Part shown: positions 25,863-40,058 of the stretch, one piece after another
How positions within the stretch are numbered: the stretch's first letter is position 1
How the letters are laid out: each line of letters begins with the position of its first letter
Assembly: GCF_902652985.1 (NCBI RefSeq)
Contig: NC_047023.1
Span: 16,058,001 to 16,122,000, forward strand
Length of the DNA: 64,000 nucleotides
Direction: 5' to 3'
Origin: Pecten maximus
Taxonomy: Eukaryota
The notes under the pieces: model-generated
What the model saw: the letters and a program-made list of their open reading frames with translations, nothing else
What the model was told of the DNA's origin: nothing
Database searches by the model: none
Position numbers and translations under genes: made by a program

Positions 25863-26598
25863 TTAATATCCACCAAATACGGAACCCCGTCGTCTCATCC
25901 ACCTGTTTCCGTATCCACGTCCATAGCCTCCAAGTCCGTATCCCCCGCGACCATGGTAATTTCCGTATCCGTTTCCATATCCATATCCACCACCAAGAAG
26001 TCCAAGACCACTTCCGAATCCATCGTCTAACATTGATCCCAAGCCATAGCCGTAGGAATTCCCTGCAATAAATGTTTTCTGTTTGTAAAGCTGAATATGC
26101 AAACAACAAAAATGTCACACTTAACAACCTTGGAAAGAAGGTTGACTCGAAACTTTTAAGCAATAGACACCCAGCAGGGAACATATCTCAACATAAACGA
26201 TCTTGAAAATAAGCCATTAAGTGTAACCAGGTTATAGGGCTGTTTTGTGATAAACAGAGGTCGGCATCATATACAAGCCTCGTAAATTATGTATTTGCAT
26301 CTTAAAAATGTGAAAAGGTCAGTCGGTTTCTCACATAAGCCATTTATTTTCTACAGATTATGGGATACGAATAAAATGCATACACACATAATTGTCACTT
26401 TGTTTCCTAGTGAATATTGAATAGTTTTTACCCAAAATTATAAAAAAAAAAAAATGGCTGCTGGTTATGTTATGTATAAGTTGTGTAGTGTATACTATGT
26501 GAATGTATGTTGGTGCGTGAACATCCACTGCACTCACCATAATAAGTGCAGAGCCCGCTAGCCACGAGGCAGGACAGGAGAAACAATACCTTCAGCAT
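25863..26598 (-). CDS. Gene 3: secreted Gly/Tyr-rich protein, 86 aa, complement(join(25863..26062,26538..26598))
   Basis: MLKVLFLLSCLVASGLCTYYG|NSYGYG...GNYHGRGG...RWMRRRGSVFGGY*, GT-AG intron. Exon 1 ~27797-27756; TATA 27821-27828; 3' exon from 25277; AATAAA 25215-25210. Confidence 0.93.
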
Positions 26599-26900
26599 GG
26601 TGTAGACTTGGTAGTGACTGAAAGACAAAAATGTCATTATATAATAACAAATGTAAAATATCTTATTTATTCTACAACAAGCCGTATCTCTGTTCAATTA
26701 CAGCGTCATTCCATGACTCTTATCTAATTAAAACACAAAAGCACAAACATATTTAGAGCTAACGGAGGCGAAGAAATAACTTAGTGGATAGCAATACGCT
26801 ATAATCATAAACGGATATACAAGTAAAAGCATAAATAGAAAACATAACAAAGCAAAGCAAAGAGTCGTATGCTGATAATGTATAGTTCGGTTACAATGTA

Positions 26901-27525
26901 TTCTACCATGTTTGCTATGTAACGACAGTTTTGATTGGTTTAAAACCATGTATTATTTTCCAATAACCCACGCTCGTGCCAATAATACACGGTAGTGAGT
27001 CACGGCTGTTACAATTTTATATATCTAATATTCACACATTTTATAAAAGGTTACTATAGCCGAGTGGGTTAATGGGTTAGTTTTTCAATAAATTTTTATC
27101 ACGATGCGAGTTCGAATCCTACGGAGGCCCCGCCTTTTATCTTTTTTTATTTTTTTTTTATCATTTTTTTTTCAAAATCAATGCTATATGATAGATACTC
27201 TTGATCGTAGTACTGTATTGCCTGTATATTTCATCAACAAATAATGCAATACTCCAGAAATAAATTACAAGGTTTTCTCGGGGTTTCTTTGCTTTTTTTC
27301 TATTAGAAAGAGGTCGGTCTCAGAACTAAACAGTACATGGTAGAATAGAAATAATCAACTTTGACTCGTGTATTGTTGCAGGATATATAACTCGGACTCG
27401 GATATTTTGCAATTTTAATTAATAACTCAGGCCTGCGGCCTTCGTTATTAATTTAATTGCAAAATATCCTCGTCCTCGTTGTATATCCTGCAACAATACA
27501 CGAATCATCGTTAATTATTTCTTAA
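26901..27525 (-). mobile_element. 625-bp insertion with a subterminal ~138-bp palindrome and no clear TSD (CryptonV-like non-autonomous element) in gene 3 intron 1
   Basis: The empty site TACAATGTA|ATAACAGTAAG is at ~33966-33985. Minus-strand termini are TTAAGAAATAA...CATGGTAGAA(TA). The palindrome at 27366-27503 is centred on AGGCCTGCGGCCT. Confidence 0.75.
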
Positions 27526-30500
27526 ATAACAGTAAGATGAAAATACTAGACAGTATGAACTGATAACAGCAATGATCAAACGAAATATATCGTCAGAATG
27601 CGGATAGATTAACTCCAATTGGAACAGAATGCCTATTAAACTAAATATAGAGTCGAAATTCGATATGGTTAAACGAAATATGAGGACAAAATCCAAATGC
27701 CATTAATAAATAACAGAAAGATATATTCATTAACATACTATAAACAATGACTTACCTAGACGTCGGTACGATTCGGTGTCGAGTAAATATTGAGAATGGT
27801 TCGGGGATGGTTCTCCTCCATATTTATACATGTTGCACAAGGAAATCAGGAAATGCTTCTCAAATGCGATTCGATAAAACGACAAAAGCTCGCAATAATG
27901 TTGACGAATGACCGGTGACGATTATGACTCATCCACACTACTGGTGACCTGTGTCCAATAAAGTGTATTATTAAGATCAACAGTGATCAACCTGGGGCTA
28001 TTTAGGTTACTACGCAACTGTCATGGAGATGTGAATGAAATGCTTACAAGTAACAAAGTCATGTTTGGAAACCAATCATAGAAAAGTGTTGATTAGACAT
28101 ACATATATATGTATGTACTATTAAAAAGAATAACAAAGAATGCATTCTTGTTATCAAAACCGTAGGTCTGTCACATCTTATTCGACGAAATACATACAGA
28201 CTGGAAATTACACGTCCACAATGGATCCAATCAATGTCAAATAATAAAGCATAAACTACGTGTTGTCATATGTTAACTCGTTGGTTCCACTTTGTCATAA
28301 TGGTTAGTTGTAAGCAAACTCTAAAATTTATTATTTCTTTTGTTTTTATAATCAAACAAATTTTCACATTAATAAAGTAATAGTATGGACCCTTTCATAG
28401 ACATGTGTAAATGTTGATGCATTGCAAAAGAAATAGCAAATCTTGCAAAATCACAAATTCTCAAACTTCAACTAATATGATTTTTATCCAAAACAAATAT
28501 GTTTACAGTATTTCAGAAATTGTCTCAAAATTTCTCTATAAAGTAAATGATAGTTCGATTGCATATGCAATAAAGTTAAGATTCCCAGCATTCCTAACTT
28601 ATAGAGTCGCTGGACCGTACATTTTCGGTGTTATTATATGAGTGAAGAGCGCGTTGAGATATCCAATAATGATGTAACTATCTTCCAAAGTTGGTCAAAG
28701 TTGAACATATACATTTTGAGTATTAGATCTAAACGCAATTTCTTTTAATGAAATGTTTACGACGACACCCCCGCCAGAACAGTAACACCATAATGTCGCT
28801 TTTCTTCGCAGTTTAGACAGTAAAACTGCACAATATTTATGTTCAATCATAATATATCTTAAATCAGTTATGCAAAGGGCAAAACGCGTGGGAATCAAAG
28901 AGGATACTACAAAAATCTGCCTCAAATACTAACTATATAAAGTGAGATTAATATAATCTAACATGGGTCTGTTCAATACACAGGGATAATTCAGCCCGAG
29001 TGTAAGAGTTTAGCCAGTCAGAACGAGGCTTGCCGAGTGCTGACGAGCCAAACTCTTACACGAGGGTTGAGATATTACTGTTTGCGCAACAGACCCATAT
29101 TTGATTATATTTCTCACATACTTAAAAGCAGATTTTTTATGAAAGTTTTGCATCGCGCCATCTACAATCCCCTTTGAATATGCGTCAAAATTGATGACGT
29201 TATCATTTACGACATGGCTACTCCACGTAAAATGATGACGTTACGTTGTTATTTACCCCCTGTATGAGATGGATTTATCGTTTCCCTAGCAACCACGGGA
29301 CAATCACGTGAAGTATGTGAGAATCACTAACTCCATATAATTCAATGAAAATGGCTATCAGTTTAAATATGTTTCAAACCGCAATAAACGATTATGTAGT
29401 TTTTAATTTTGCGTCACTATCCGTAAGAATCTAGATATGGCATTCAGGGTGTGAGAACAATCCTCTGGAACTAAAAGGATTTTTATCAAAGTTAACAAAA
29501 ACGAGGAAAAAGTATAACAAAATGATTTACTTGGCGATACTTACTTAAATTATCAGGGGAACAAGACTCGATGTTCCGAAAATCATTCAAATATATATCA
29601 TGATTGATTAGACTTACCATTCTGAACAGGTTATACTCAAGGACAATGATAGGGTAGAAGTACAATTCCCCAATAGCAAATGTCCCCTTTGTAGATAGTA
29701 ACATCTCTGCTTCCCATACGATATTTATATGTCCAAATCCAATATTTCCTTGCGCGATATTAAGTGTTTGATACTTGTTAGTATATCAACTGGTTACGTT
29801 GTCACAGCACTAGTTTTTATTTTACGACCGTTACTTAACGCGAGTTTAACCCAGCTTTGCATGGAGGGTGCCGTCGACGAGGCAACAGATTCTTACCCGT
29901 ACAAAAACCCCACTGATCTATATACAAATCTACATTTGTGTTCGTAGGGTGTCCTCTTTTTATCAATTTTGAGTTTGAATTACGGTTCTGTTTGTATGTC
30001 GGGATTATTTTTTACAATGATACTTGATGATAGCAACGGTTTAATGCATAGAAGCAGTTTCTGTTTTACTGTTCCGATGCCACTATCATAGTGTTCTGAC
30101 TTACGGAATATGTGGTAGCACACCCCAGAAAGACTGGGTGGCCATGGCGACAAATAATTCCTGTATCATGATTTGCATAAAAAAATAAAACAAAAATAAA
30201 TGTAAACTATATATTTATTTTTGCCAACAGCGAAAAATGGAGGCTCATAATCAAGGTAAGATCGCGGGAAAACTAAATGTACAACATACATGTATGTCAA
30301 AACATGATTAATTATGTCTGTATTAAAATTGCAAATGTTGTATAGATTACAAATATATACTTTATTAGAGGTAATATGTAGGGTTAACTGGCAATGATTA
30401 CATATCTAAACGTGTGCCATATTTTTTTCAGAATAGGGTATTTTTACTGTACACTGCTACCTGTGCAGATATGGTTTGTTTGTTTTGGGGTTTTTTTTGG

Positions 30501-33039
30501 TTTTTTTCATCCGAATCGCATGATGATTTTCTATGCAATGGACATTACCGTCTCTGTAATTAAGTTACCATTTACATTTTAGTTTCCTCAGCCGCCCCTG
30601 GCTATAGAGATAAGATATATAGCCCTTTAACTTAGAAATTGTCTGCATCTGTTAGGATTGTATGATTGGTATTGATCTGAAATGTAATATTGTGTTAAAA
30701 AATAAAGAATAAACTATTTACAATATATTTTTATTCATTTATTTTATTGGTGTTTATGCCACTTTCAGCTGTATTTGTGTGCTTTGTTTTCAGATTTACT
30801 GGTAAAAGAAACCATCAAACTATGGGGAAAGTACTGACACGTGACATGTATCTACCAATATATATAATTCCATATCAGACCGAGGACACATGTGAGCACT
30901 TAATTTGTTTAGAAATTGTCAGACATGTTTTTTGCGACATGCCCTGTCATACTGATGAAGCATGTGAAAGTATTTTCGTTGAAGACTGTAACACAAGTTA
31001 CACTCACCACAAATTGCTAATGACAGAACGTATGACCTGACCAGCGCAATAACATAATACACACTGCTATATGTATTGCGGACGTATAAAACTTCCTGTT
31101 GTTCTTTTAATCACCTTCCATTCCATTTTCAAAGAAGAGTAGCCTTTTCTTGATGTTCGCCATATGATTTTTGTTTCGAGAATTGTTTTGGTATTCAAGA
31201 AGACTTAAATAATTTATTGAGAAATTATGAGACTATTGTGGGGGTCACACCAAATTGTAAACATGTGCGAATATTCAAAAAGGACCATACCTTGTTTGGT
31301 ATTTTAGCCATTGACTGATGGGAGGATTCAACCATGCCTGACGGACTTAACTTGTGGTTTGGGAAAGATGTTCCAGAGCGAAGTATTCTGTATCATTTTT
31401 GTGAAAGTTTGCATATATTGTTAAATTGTATTGACATCCAGATGCATATCAATGTTATTTCCAATTATCTAGTGTCTATGACATATTATATATATTAAAT
31501 GACGTGGAATCTGGTTCAGCTCATCTGAATTTCCCTATGCTTACAACTTAACTGTGTTGATACAAACAGGATTTTTCTATTTTCGACGTCCTCATAGAGA
31601 CAATGACTTTTGCAGATATTAAAAATGACCTTAATGCATATTTTCTTTCCATGTATTCCATTGTAAAACATCGGTTAAAAGCATTATACATGTTACTCGC
31701 AACTCTCCACAATCATTCTTCACAAGGAATCCGTCGCAGTAATCATTATATGTGTCTTCTGATAATTAACTTCATATGTAATTAGATATTAAATTGATCA
31801 TAATTCGCAATGACAGTAAAAAGAGACATTTGTTTCCTTATAAGTTAATAGTCATGTAAATTGTATGCAAATTGTACTTTAGATCATAAACTTGTCATTT
31901 TAGAACATTTAATAACATAGCAAGGAAATTCATTGATGAAGTTCTCGCTTTTAAATATTGACAATACTTTTATTTTCTGTAACATCCAGAAGTATTCAAT
32001 ATCATAACAGTACATGAACAAACTTGTAACGTCGTGGGGTCAAAATGCCGTCAAAATCAATCAAGTGAGAATACTTTACAAACGTTGGCGTTATTTTAAC
32101 ATGTAAAACTGGTATGAGGAAACAATCAGTCCGTGCGATCATGATATGATATCTCAACCATTTGAGATTAGTTTACATCATAATTTGAATCTGGTAACGA
32201 TAATCAAAACACAGAGTCAAGTCTACGCGGCAGGGAGGGGTCTGTGTGTCATACTAATTATCCAGCACTTAACAAATATCACCTCTAGAATTTTTCTGGT
32301 AAAAACATTTTCTTCTGTGCATTATTTTGACTATTCTGACTTTATATACAAATACAAACCATATTTCATTCATCAAACACATTTTATTAAGTGAAAACAA
32401 TTTTTGGCAATAAATTAAATGGTTAAAGCATGAAGGAGAGTGTGATGAATCTGCAAAAAAAAAAAAAAAAGTATTTAATACAATTGTCAATGATAGCATC
32501 TATAATATCTATAATTACCAATATATGTATCTATCAGTTACTGTCTGTCCATATTTCTGACTACGGGCAATTTTTTTCTTTCCTGGTTATATTCAACACT
32601 ATATAGATAAGAACTAATAAAACTCAATTGATAAGCAATACGGTTAATGATCCTAATTTTCGAACTATTAACATTTTCAGTGCAATTTGTCTTAAAATAA
32701 TGCAATTTTATCATCATTATGAAGCATTTACTGCATTGATTATTATTTTATGTGAAAAATATTAAATTTCTATTTGATGATGCTTGATTTGTCTATTTTA
32801 AAAGCTGAGATTTACCACTTAATGACAAACTTCTTTGTGTAAATTAGGAGAATTTGTTAGAATGTCAAATTAGGTAATAAACAGACAATGCCTTCGAGCT
32901 TTATCTGGAAATTTTATTTGCTGATTTACTTACTCATTTGATTCTGAGTTATCTATACTCATTACTCCATACCAAACATATCGACAACAAGGTCAAATAA
33001 GCAAATCTAAAAAACTTTGAACTTTACCTGGACAACGTT

Positions 33040-33765
33040 TTAATATCCACCAAATACGGAACCCCGTCGTCTCATCCACCTGTTTCCGTATCCACGTCCG
33101 TAGCCTCCAAGTCCGTATCCCCCGCGACCATAGTAATTTCCGTATCCGTTTCCATATCCATATCCACCACCAAGAAGTCCAAGACCACTTCCGAATCCAT
33201 CGTCTAACATTGATCCCAACCCATAGCCATATGAATTCCCTGCAATAAATGTTTTCTGTTTGTAAAGCTGAATATGCAAACAACAAAAATGTCACACTTA
33301 ACAACCTTGGAAATAAGGTTGACTCGAAACTTTTAAGCAATAGACACCCAGCAGGGAATATATCTCAACATAAACGGTCTTGAAAATAAGCCATTAAGTG
33401 TAACCAGGTTGTAGGGCTGTTTTGTGATAAACAGAGGTCGGCATCATATACAAGCCTCGTAAATTATGTATTTGCATCTTAAAAATGTGAAAAGGTCAGT
33501 CGGTTTCTCACATAAGACATTTATTTTCTACAGATTATGGGATACGAATAAAATGCATACACACATAATTGTCACTTTGTTTCCTAGTTTTTTCCCAAAA
33601 TTATCAAAAAAAAAAAAAAAATGACTGCTGGTTATGTTATGTATAAGTTGTGTAGTGTATACTATGTGAATGTATGTTGATGCATGAACATCCACTACAC
33701 TCACCATAATAAGTGCAGAGCCCACTAGCCACGAGGCAGGACAGGAGAAACAATACCTTCAGCAT
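33040..33765 (-). CDS. Gene 4: secreted Gly/Tyr-rich protein, 86 aa, complement(join(33040..33239,33705..33765))
   Basis: Intact ORF across a phase-1 GT-AG intron. Exon 1 ~34246-34205; TATA 34270-34277; 3' exon from 32450; AATAAA 32388-32383. Confidence 0.93.
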
Positions 33766-34498
33766 GGTGTAGACTGGGTAGTGACTGAAAGACAAAAATG
33801 TTATTATATAATAACAAATGTAAAATATCTTATTTTGTCTACAACATGCCGTATCTCTATTCAATCACAGCGTCATTCCATGACTCTTATCTACAAGTAA
33901 AAGCATAAATAGGAAACATAACAAAGCGAAGCAAAGAGTCGTATGCTGATAATGTATAGTTCGGTTACAATGTAATAACAGTAAGATGAAAATACTAGAC
34001 AATATGAACTGATAACATCAATGATCAAACGAAATATATCGTCAGAATGCGGATAGATTAACTCCAATTGGAACAGAATGCCTATTAAACTAAATATAGA
34101 GTCGAAATTCGATATGGTTAAACAAAATATGAGGACAAAATTTAAATGCCGTTAATAAATAATAGAAAGATATATTCATTAACATACTATAAACAATGAC
34201 TTACCTAGACGTCGGTACGATTCGGTGTCGAGTAAAGATTGAAAATGGTTCGGAGATGGTTCTCCCCCATATTTATACATGTTACACAAGGAAATCAGGA
34301 AATGCTTCTCAAATGCGATTCGATAAAACGACAAAAGCTCACAATAATGTTGACGAATGACCGGTGACGATTATGACTCATCCATACTACTGGTGACCTG
34401 TGTCGAATAAGGTGTATTAGTAAGGTCAACAGTGATTAACCTGGGGCTATTTAGGCTACTACGCAACTGTCATGGAGATGTGAATGAAATGCTTACAA

Positions 34499-34970
34499 TC
34501 AAGCTTGTTATCACGGTCCAGAATTCATTCTTAGTTTAATTTGATCTCATTTACTTATTTATGTTATATTACATTAGTACATTTTCCGTCTCCTGCATTT
34601 GCTGTATAGTCCATCCCCTGACAGCACCACTTGACATATAGACCCTACTATTGTTTTGCTAATATATTTTACTTAGCCCCTTTTTCAGAATTGCTGCCGA
34701 TTCTTCAATTATTCACCATCAATTATGAATTAGTATTTATGTTTAAAATTGCATTTGTCACTTTAGAGCCGCCCATCTTTATAAATTTCTTGATCTTGTA
34801 CCTATAATTGTTTTCGAACATCTATATTGTCCATGCAATGTACAAGATCATGTTTATTATTTGATGATAGAATTATTTAGTATTTCATATGATTGATTAT
34901 ATATTATGTTATTATGTATATGTATCCTTATGAGCCGTAAGGCTTAAAGTGAATAAACAATACAATACAA
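34499..34970 (+). mobile_element. 3' end of a non-LTR retroelement with a (TACAA)n tail
   Basis: Absent from paralogous units (empty site GCTTACAA|GTAAC). It ends CCTTATGAGCCGTAAGG...AATAAACAATACAATACAA. Confidence 0.7.
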
Positions 34971-35106
34971 GTAACGCAGTCATGTTTGGAAACCAATCAT
35001 AGAAAAGTATTGATTAGATATATATATATATGTACTATTAAAAAGAATAACAAAGAATGCATTCTTTTTATCAAAACCGTATGTCTGTCACATCGTATTC
35101 GAGGAA

Positions 35107-35668
35107 ATGCAAGCTATGCAAATAGCTGAGTTTATGCTGTAATACATTAATTTTCTTTTGTAATTTTATTCTGTTTGGGTTATGTCCCTTTATGGGGCCC
35201 TTTTTTATCCCGTTGGGGGCCCAAGAGCATTCAGCACTTGCTGGTCGGTGATTGGCTGTTTACTTTTCTTCACTTGAATTTTTTTTTTTCATCATCGCCA
35301 TTTTGTTTTTACGCATATAGAACTAAATCTAAAATTAAGCTATTTCGAAGCCCACCCTCATTCCACCCTTTTACAAGTAATACGGTTTAGGGTAATTCTG
35401 CCAAATATCCACTCATGATGTAAATTGTCATTCAATTTGTATTTTGTTCTATTTCGGCGTAATTCTGTCGAATACCCACCTAAGGATGTAAATTGTCATA
35501 CAATTTGTATTTTGTTCTAATACTGACGCGGAATTAGCCATCTTATGATGAGCTTTTCAAAATATTTCTGATGATAATAATTTTCATGTTTCTATAATAA
35601 ATTGTCATCTTGTATAAGATGGCCTTTTCAATTCAATCATTGGTTTTAGTTTTATGTGGAGCATGCAT
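35107..35668. mobile_element. ~560-bp unclassified insertion with short imperfect TIRs
   Basis: Absent from paralogs (empty site CGAAATACATATAGAC). Ends are ATGCAAGCT...AGCATGCAT, with an internal ~68-bp duplication. Confidence 0.55.
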
Positions 35669-38600
35669 AAATACATATAGACAGGAAATTACACGTCCAC
35701 AATGGATCCAATCAATGTCAAATAATAAAGCATAAACTACGTGTTGTCATATGTTAACTCGTTGGTTCCATTTTGTCATAATGGTAAGTTGTAAGCAAAC
35801 TTTAATATTATTTCTTTTGTTTTTACAATCAAACTAATTTTCACATTAATAAAGTAATAGTATGGACCCTTTCTTAGACATGTGTAAATGTTGATGCATT
35901 GCAAAAGAAATAGCAAATCTTGCAAAATCACAAATTCTCAAACTTCAACTAATATGATTTTTTATCCAAAACAAATATGTATACAGTATTTCAGAAATTG
36001 TCTCAAAATTTCTCTATAAAGTAAATGATAGTTCGATTGCATATGCAATAAAGTTAAGATTCCCAACATTCCTAACTTATAGAGTCGCTGGACCGTACAT
36101 TTTCGGTTTATTCTATGAGTGAATAGCGCGTTGAGATATCCAATAATGATGTAACTATCTTCCAAAGTTGGTCAAAGTTGAACATATACATTTTGAGTAT
36201 TAGATCTAAACGCAATTTTCTTAATGAAATGTTTACGACGACACCCCCGCCAGAACAGTAACACCCTAATGTCGCTTTTCTTCGCAGTTTAGAGAGTAAA
36301 ACTGCACAATATTTATGTTCAATCATAATATATCTTAAATCAGTTATGCAAAGGGCAAAAAGCGTGGGAATCAAAGAGGATACTACAAAAATATGCCTCA
36401 AATACTAACTATATAAGGTGAGATTAATATAATCTAACATGGGATAATTCAACCCGAGTGTAAGAGTTTAGCCAGTCGGAACGAGGCTTGCCGAGTGCTG
36501 ACGAGCGAAACTCTTACACGAGGGGAACAAGACTCGATGTTCCGAAAATCGTTCAAATATATATCATGATTGATTAGACTTACCATTCTGAACAGGTTAT
36601 ACTCAAGGACAATGATAGGGTAGAAGTACAATTCCCAAATAGCAAATGTCCCCTTTGTAGATAGAAACATCCCTGCTTCCCATATGATATTTACATGTCC
36701 AAATCCAATATTTACTTGTGCGATATTAAGTGTTTGATACTTGTTAGTATATCAACTGGTTACGTTGTCACAGCACTAGTTTTTATTTTACGAACGCTAC
36801 TTAACGCGGGTTTAACCCAGCTTTGCATGGAGGGTGCCATCGACGAGGCAACAGATTCTTACCCGTACAAAACCCCACTGATCTATATGCAAATCTACAT
36901 TTGTGTTCGTAGGGTGTCCTCTTTTTATCGATTTTGAGTTTGAATTACGGTTCTGTTTGTATGTCGGGATTAGTTTTTACAATGATACTTGATGATAGCA
37001 ACGGTTTATTGCATAGAAGCAGTTTCTGTTTTACTGTTCCGGTGCCACTATCATAGTGTTCTGACTTACGGAATATGCGGTAGCACACCCCAGAAAGACT
37101 AGGTGGCCATGGCGATTTGTTTTTTTGTTCAGCAAATAATTCCTGTATTATGATTTGCATAAAAAATAAAACAAAAATAAATGTAAACTATATATTTATT
37201 TTTGCCAACAGCGAAAAATGGAGGCTCATAATCAAGGTAAGATCGCGGGAAAACTTAATATACAACATACATGTATGTCAAAACATGATTAAGTATGTCT
37301 GTATTAAAATTGCAAATGTTGTATAGATTACAAATATATACTTTATTAGAGGTAATATGTAGGGTTAACTGGCAATGATTACATATCTAAACGTGTGCCA
37401 TATTTTTTTCAGAATAGGGTATTTTTACTGTACATTGCTACTTGTGCAGAAATAGTTTGTTTGTTTTGTTTTGTTGTTTTTTCATCCGAATCGCATGATG
37501 ATCTTTCTTTGCAATGGACATTACCGTCTCTGTAATTAAGTTACCATTTACATTTTAGTTTCCTCAGCCGCCCCTGGCTATAGAGATAAGAGATATAGCC
37601 CTTTAACTTAGAAATTGTCTGCATCTGTTAGGATTGTATGATTGGTATTGATCTGAAATGTAATATTGTGTTAAAAAATAAAGAATAAACTATTTACAAT
37701 ATATTGTTATTCATTTATTTTATTGGTGGTTACGCCACTTTCAGTTGTATTTTTGTGTTTTGTTTTCAGATTTACTGGTAAAACTATGGGAAAAGTACTG
37801 ACACGTGACATGTATCTACCAATATATATAATTCCATATCAGTCCGAGGACACATGTGAGCACTTAATTTGTTTCGAAATTGTCAGACATGTTTTTGCGA
37901 CATGCCCAAGACTGTAACACAAGTTACACTCACCACAAATTGCTAATGACGGAACGTATGACCTGATCAGCGCAATAACATAATACACACTGCTATATGT
38001 ATCGCGGACGTATAAAACTTCCTGTTGTTCTTTAATCACCTTCCATTCCATGTTCAAAGAAGAGTAACGTTTTCTTGATGTTCGCCATGTAGTTTTTGTT
38101 TCGAGAATTGTTTTGGTATTCAAGAAGACTTAAATGATTTGTTGAGAAATTATGAGACTATTGTGGGGGTCACACCAAATTGCAAACATGTGCGAATATT
38201 CAGAAAGGACCATACCTTGTTTGGTATTTTAGCCATTGACTGATGGGAGGATTCAACCATGCCTGACGGACTTAACTTGTGGTTTGGGAAAGATGTTCCA
38301 GAGCGAAGTAGTCTGTATCATTTTTGTGAAAGTTTGCATATATATATATATTGTTAAATTGTATTGACATCCAGATGCATATCAATATTATTTCCAATTA
38401 TCTAGTGTCGATGACATATAATATATATATTAAATGACGTGGAATCTGGTTCAGCTCATCTGAATTTCCCTATGCTTATAACTTAACTGTGTTGATACAA
38501 ACAGGATTTTTCTATTTTGTTTCCGTCGTTGAATCAGGGGAATTCATCAGCATGAAAACCCTAAGGGCAATAACACAGATGATTATTTTATATATAAAAC

Positions 38601-40058
38601 AACTTTAAAATCTTTTTTTCGACGTCCGCATAGATACAATTATTGTATTAAAAATGGCATTAATGTATTTTTTTCTTTCTATGTATTCCATTGTAAAACA
38701 TCGGTTAAGTCTTATACATGTTACTCGCAACTCTCCACAATCATTCTTCACAAGGAATCCGTCGCAGTAATCATTATATGTATCCTCTGATAATTAACTT
38801 CATATGTAATTAGGTATTAAATTTATCACAATTCGTAATGACAGTAAAAAAGACATTTGTTCCCTTATAAGTTAATAGTAATGTAAATCGTATGCAAATT
38901 GCACTTTAGAACAAAATTTTGTCATTTTAGGACATCTAATAACATAGCAAGGAAATTCATTAATGAAGTTCCCGTTTTAAATATTGACAATACTTTTATT
39001 CCGTTACATCCAGAAGTAGTCAATATCATAATACTTCATGAACAAACTTGTAACGTCGTGGCGTCGAAATGCCGTCAAAACCAATCAAGTGAGAATTCTT
39101 TTCACACGTTGGCGTCATTTTAAAATGTACAACTCGTATGAGGAAACAATAAGTCCGTGCGATAATGCTATGATAGCTCAACCATTTGAGATTATTTAAC
39201 ATCATCATTTGAATCTGGTAACGATAATCAAAACACAGATTCAAGTCTACGCGGCAGGGAGGGGTCTGTGTGTCATACTAATTATCCAGCACTTAACGAA
39301 TATCACCTCTAGAATTTTTCTGGTAGAAACATTTTCTTCTGTGCATTATTTTGACTATTCTGACTTTATATACAAATAAAAACCATATTTCATTTATCAA
39401 ACACATTTTATTAAGTGAAAACATTTTTTGGTAATAAATTAAATGGTTAAAGCATGAAGGAGAGTGTGATGAATCTGCAAAAAAAGAAGAAATATTTAAT
39501 ACAATTGTCAATGATATCATCTATAATATCTATAATTACCAATATATGTATCTATCAGTTACTGTCTGTCAATATTTCTGACTACGAGCATTTTTTTTCT
39601 TTCCTGGTTATATTTAACACTATATAGATAAGAACTGACAAAACTCAATTGATAAGCAATACGGTTAATGTTCCTAATTTTCGAACTATTAACATTTTCA
39701 GTGCAATTTGTCTTAAAATATGCAATTTTATCATCATTATGAAGCATTTACTGCATTGATTAATATTTTATGTGAAAAATATTAAATTTCAATTTGATGA
39801 TGCTTGATTTATCTATTTTAAAAGCTTAGATTTACCACTTAATGACAAACTTCTTTGAGTAAATTATGAGAATATGTTACAATGTCTAATTAGATAATAA
39901 ACAGACAATGCCTTCGAGCTTTACCTGGAATTTTTATTTGCTGATTTACATACTCATTTGATTCTGAGTTATCTATATTCATTACTCCATACCAAACATG
40001 TCGACAACAAGGTCAAATAAGCAAATCTAAAAACTTCGAACTTTACCTGGAAAACGTT

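Noticed and set aside
25816-26184. Trp/Arg-rich overlapping ORFs in each paralog (also at 32993, 40027, 51134 and 58001)
   Set aside because: The alternate frame is open because of GGA/TAT/GGT codon usage. The starts lie in introns, and the splice phase selects the Gly frame.
26470-26697. ORF-track proteins MNRDTACC... and MHIQLYKQ... as separate genes
   Set aside because: Intron read-through extensions of exon 2 and exon 3 of the same spliced gene.
27050-27130. tRNA gene
   Set aside because: A/B-box-like motifs only; no credible anticodon arm or acceptor stem.
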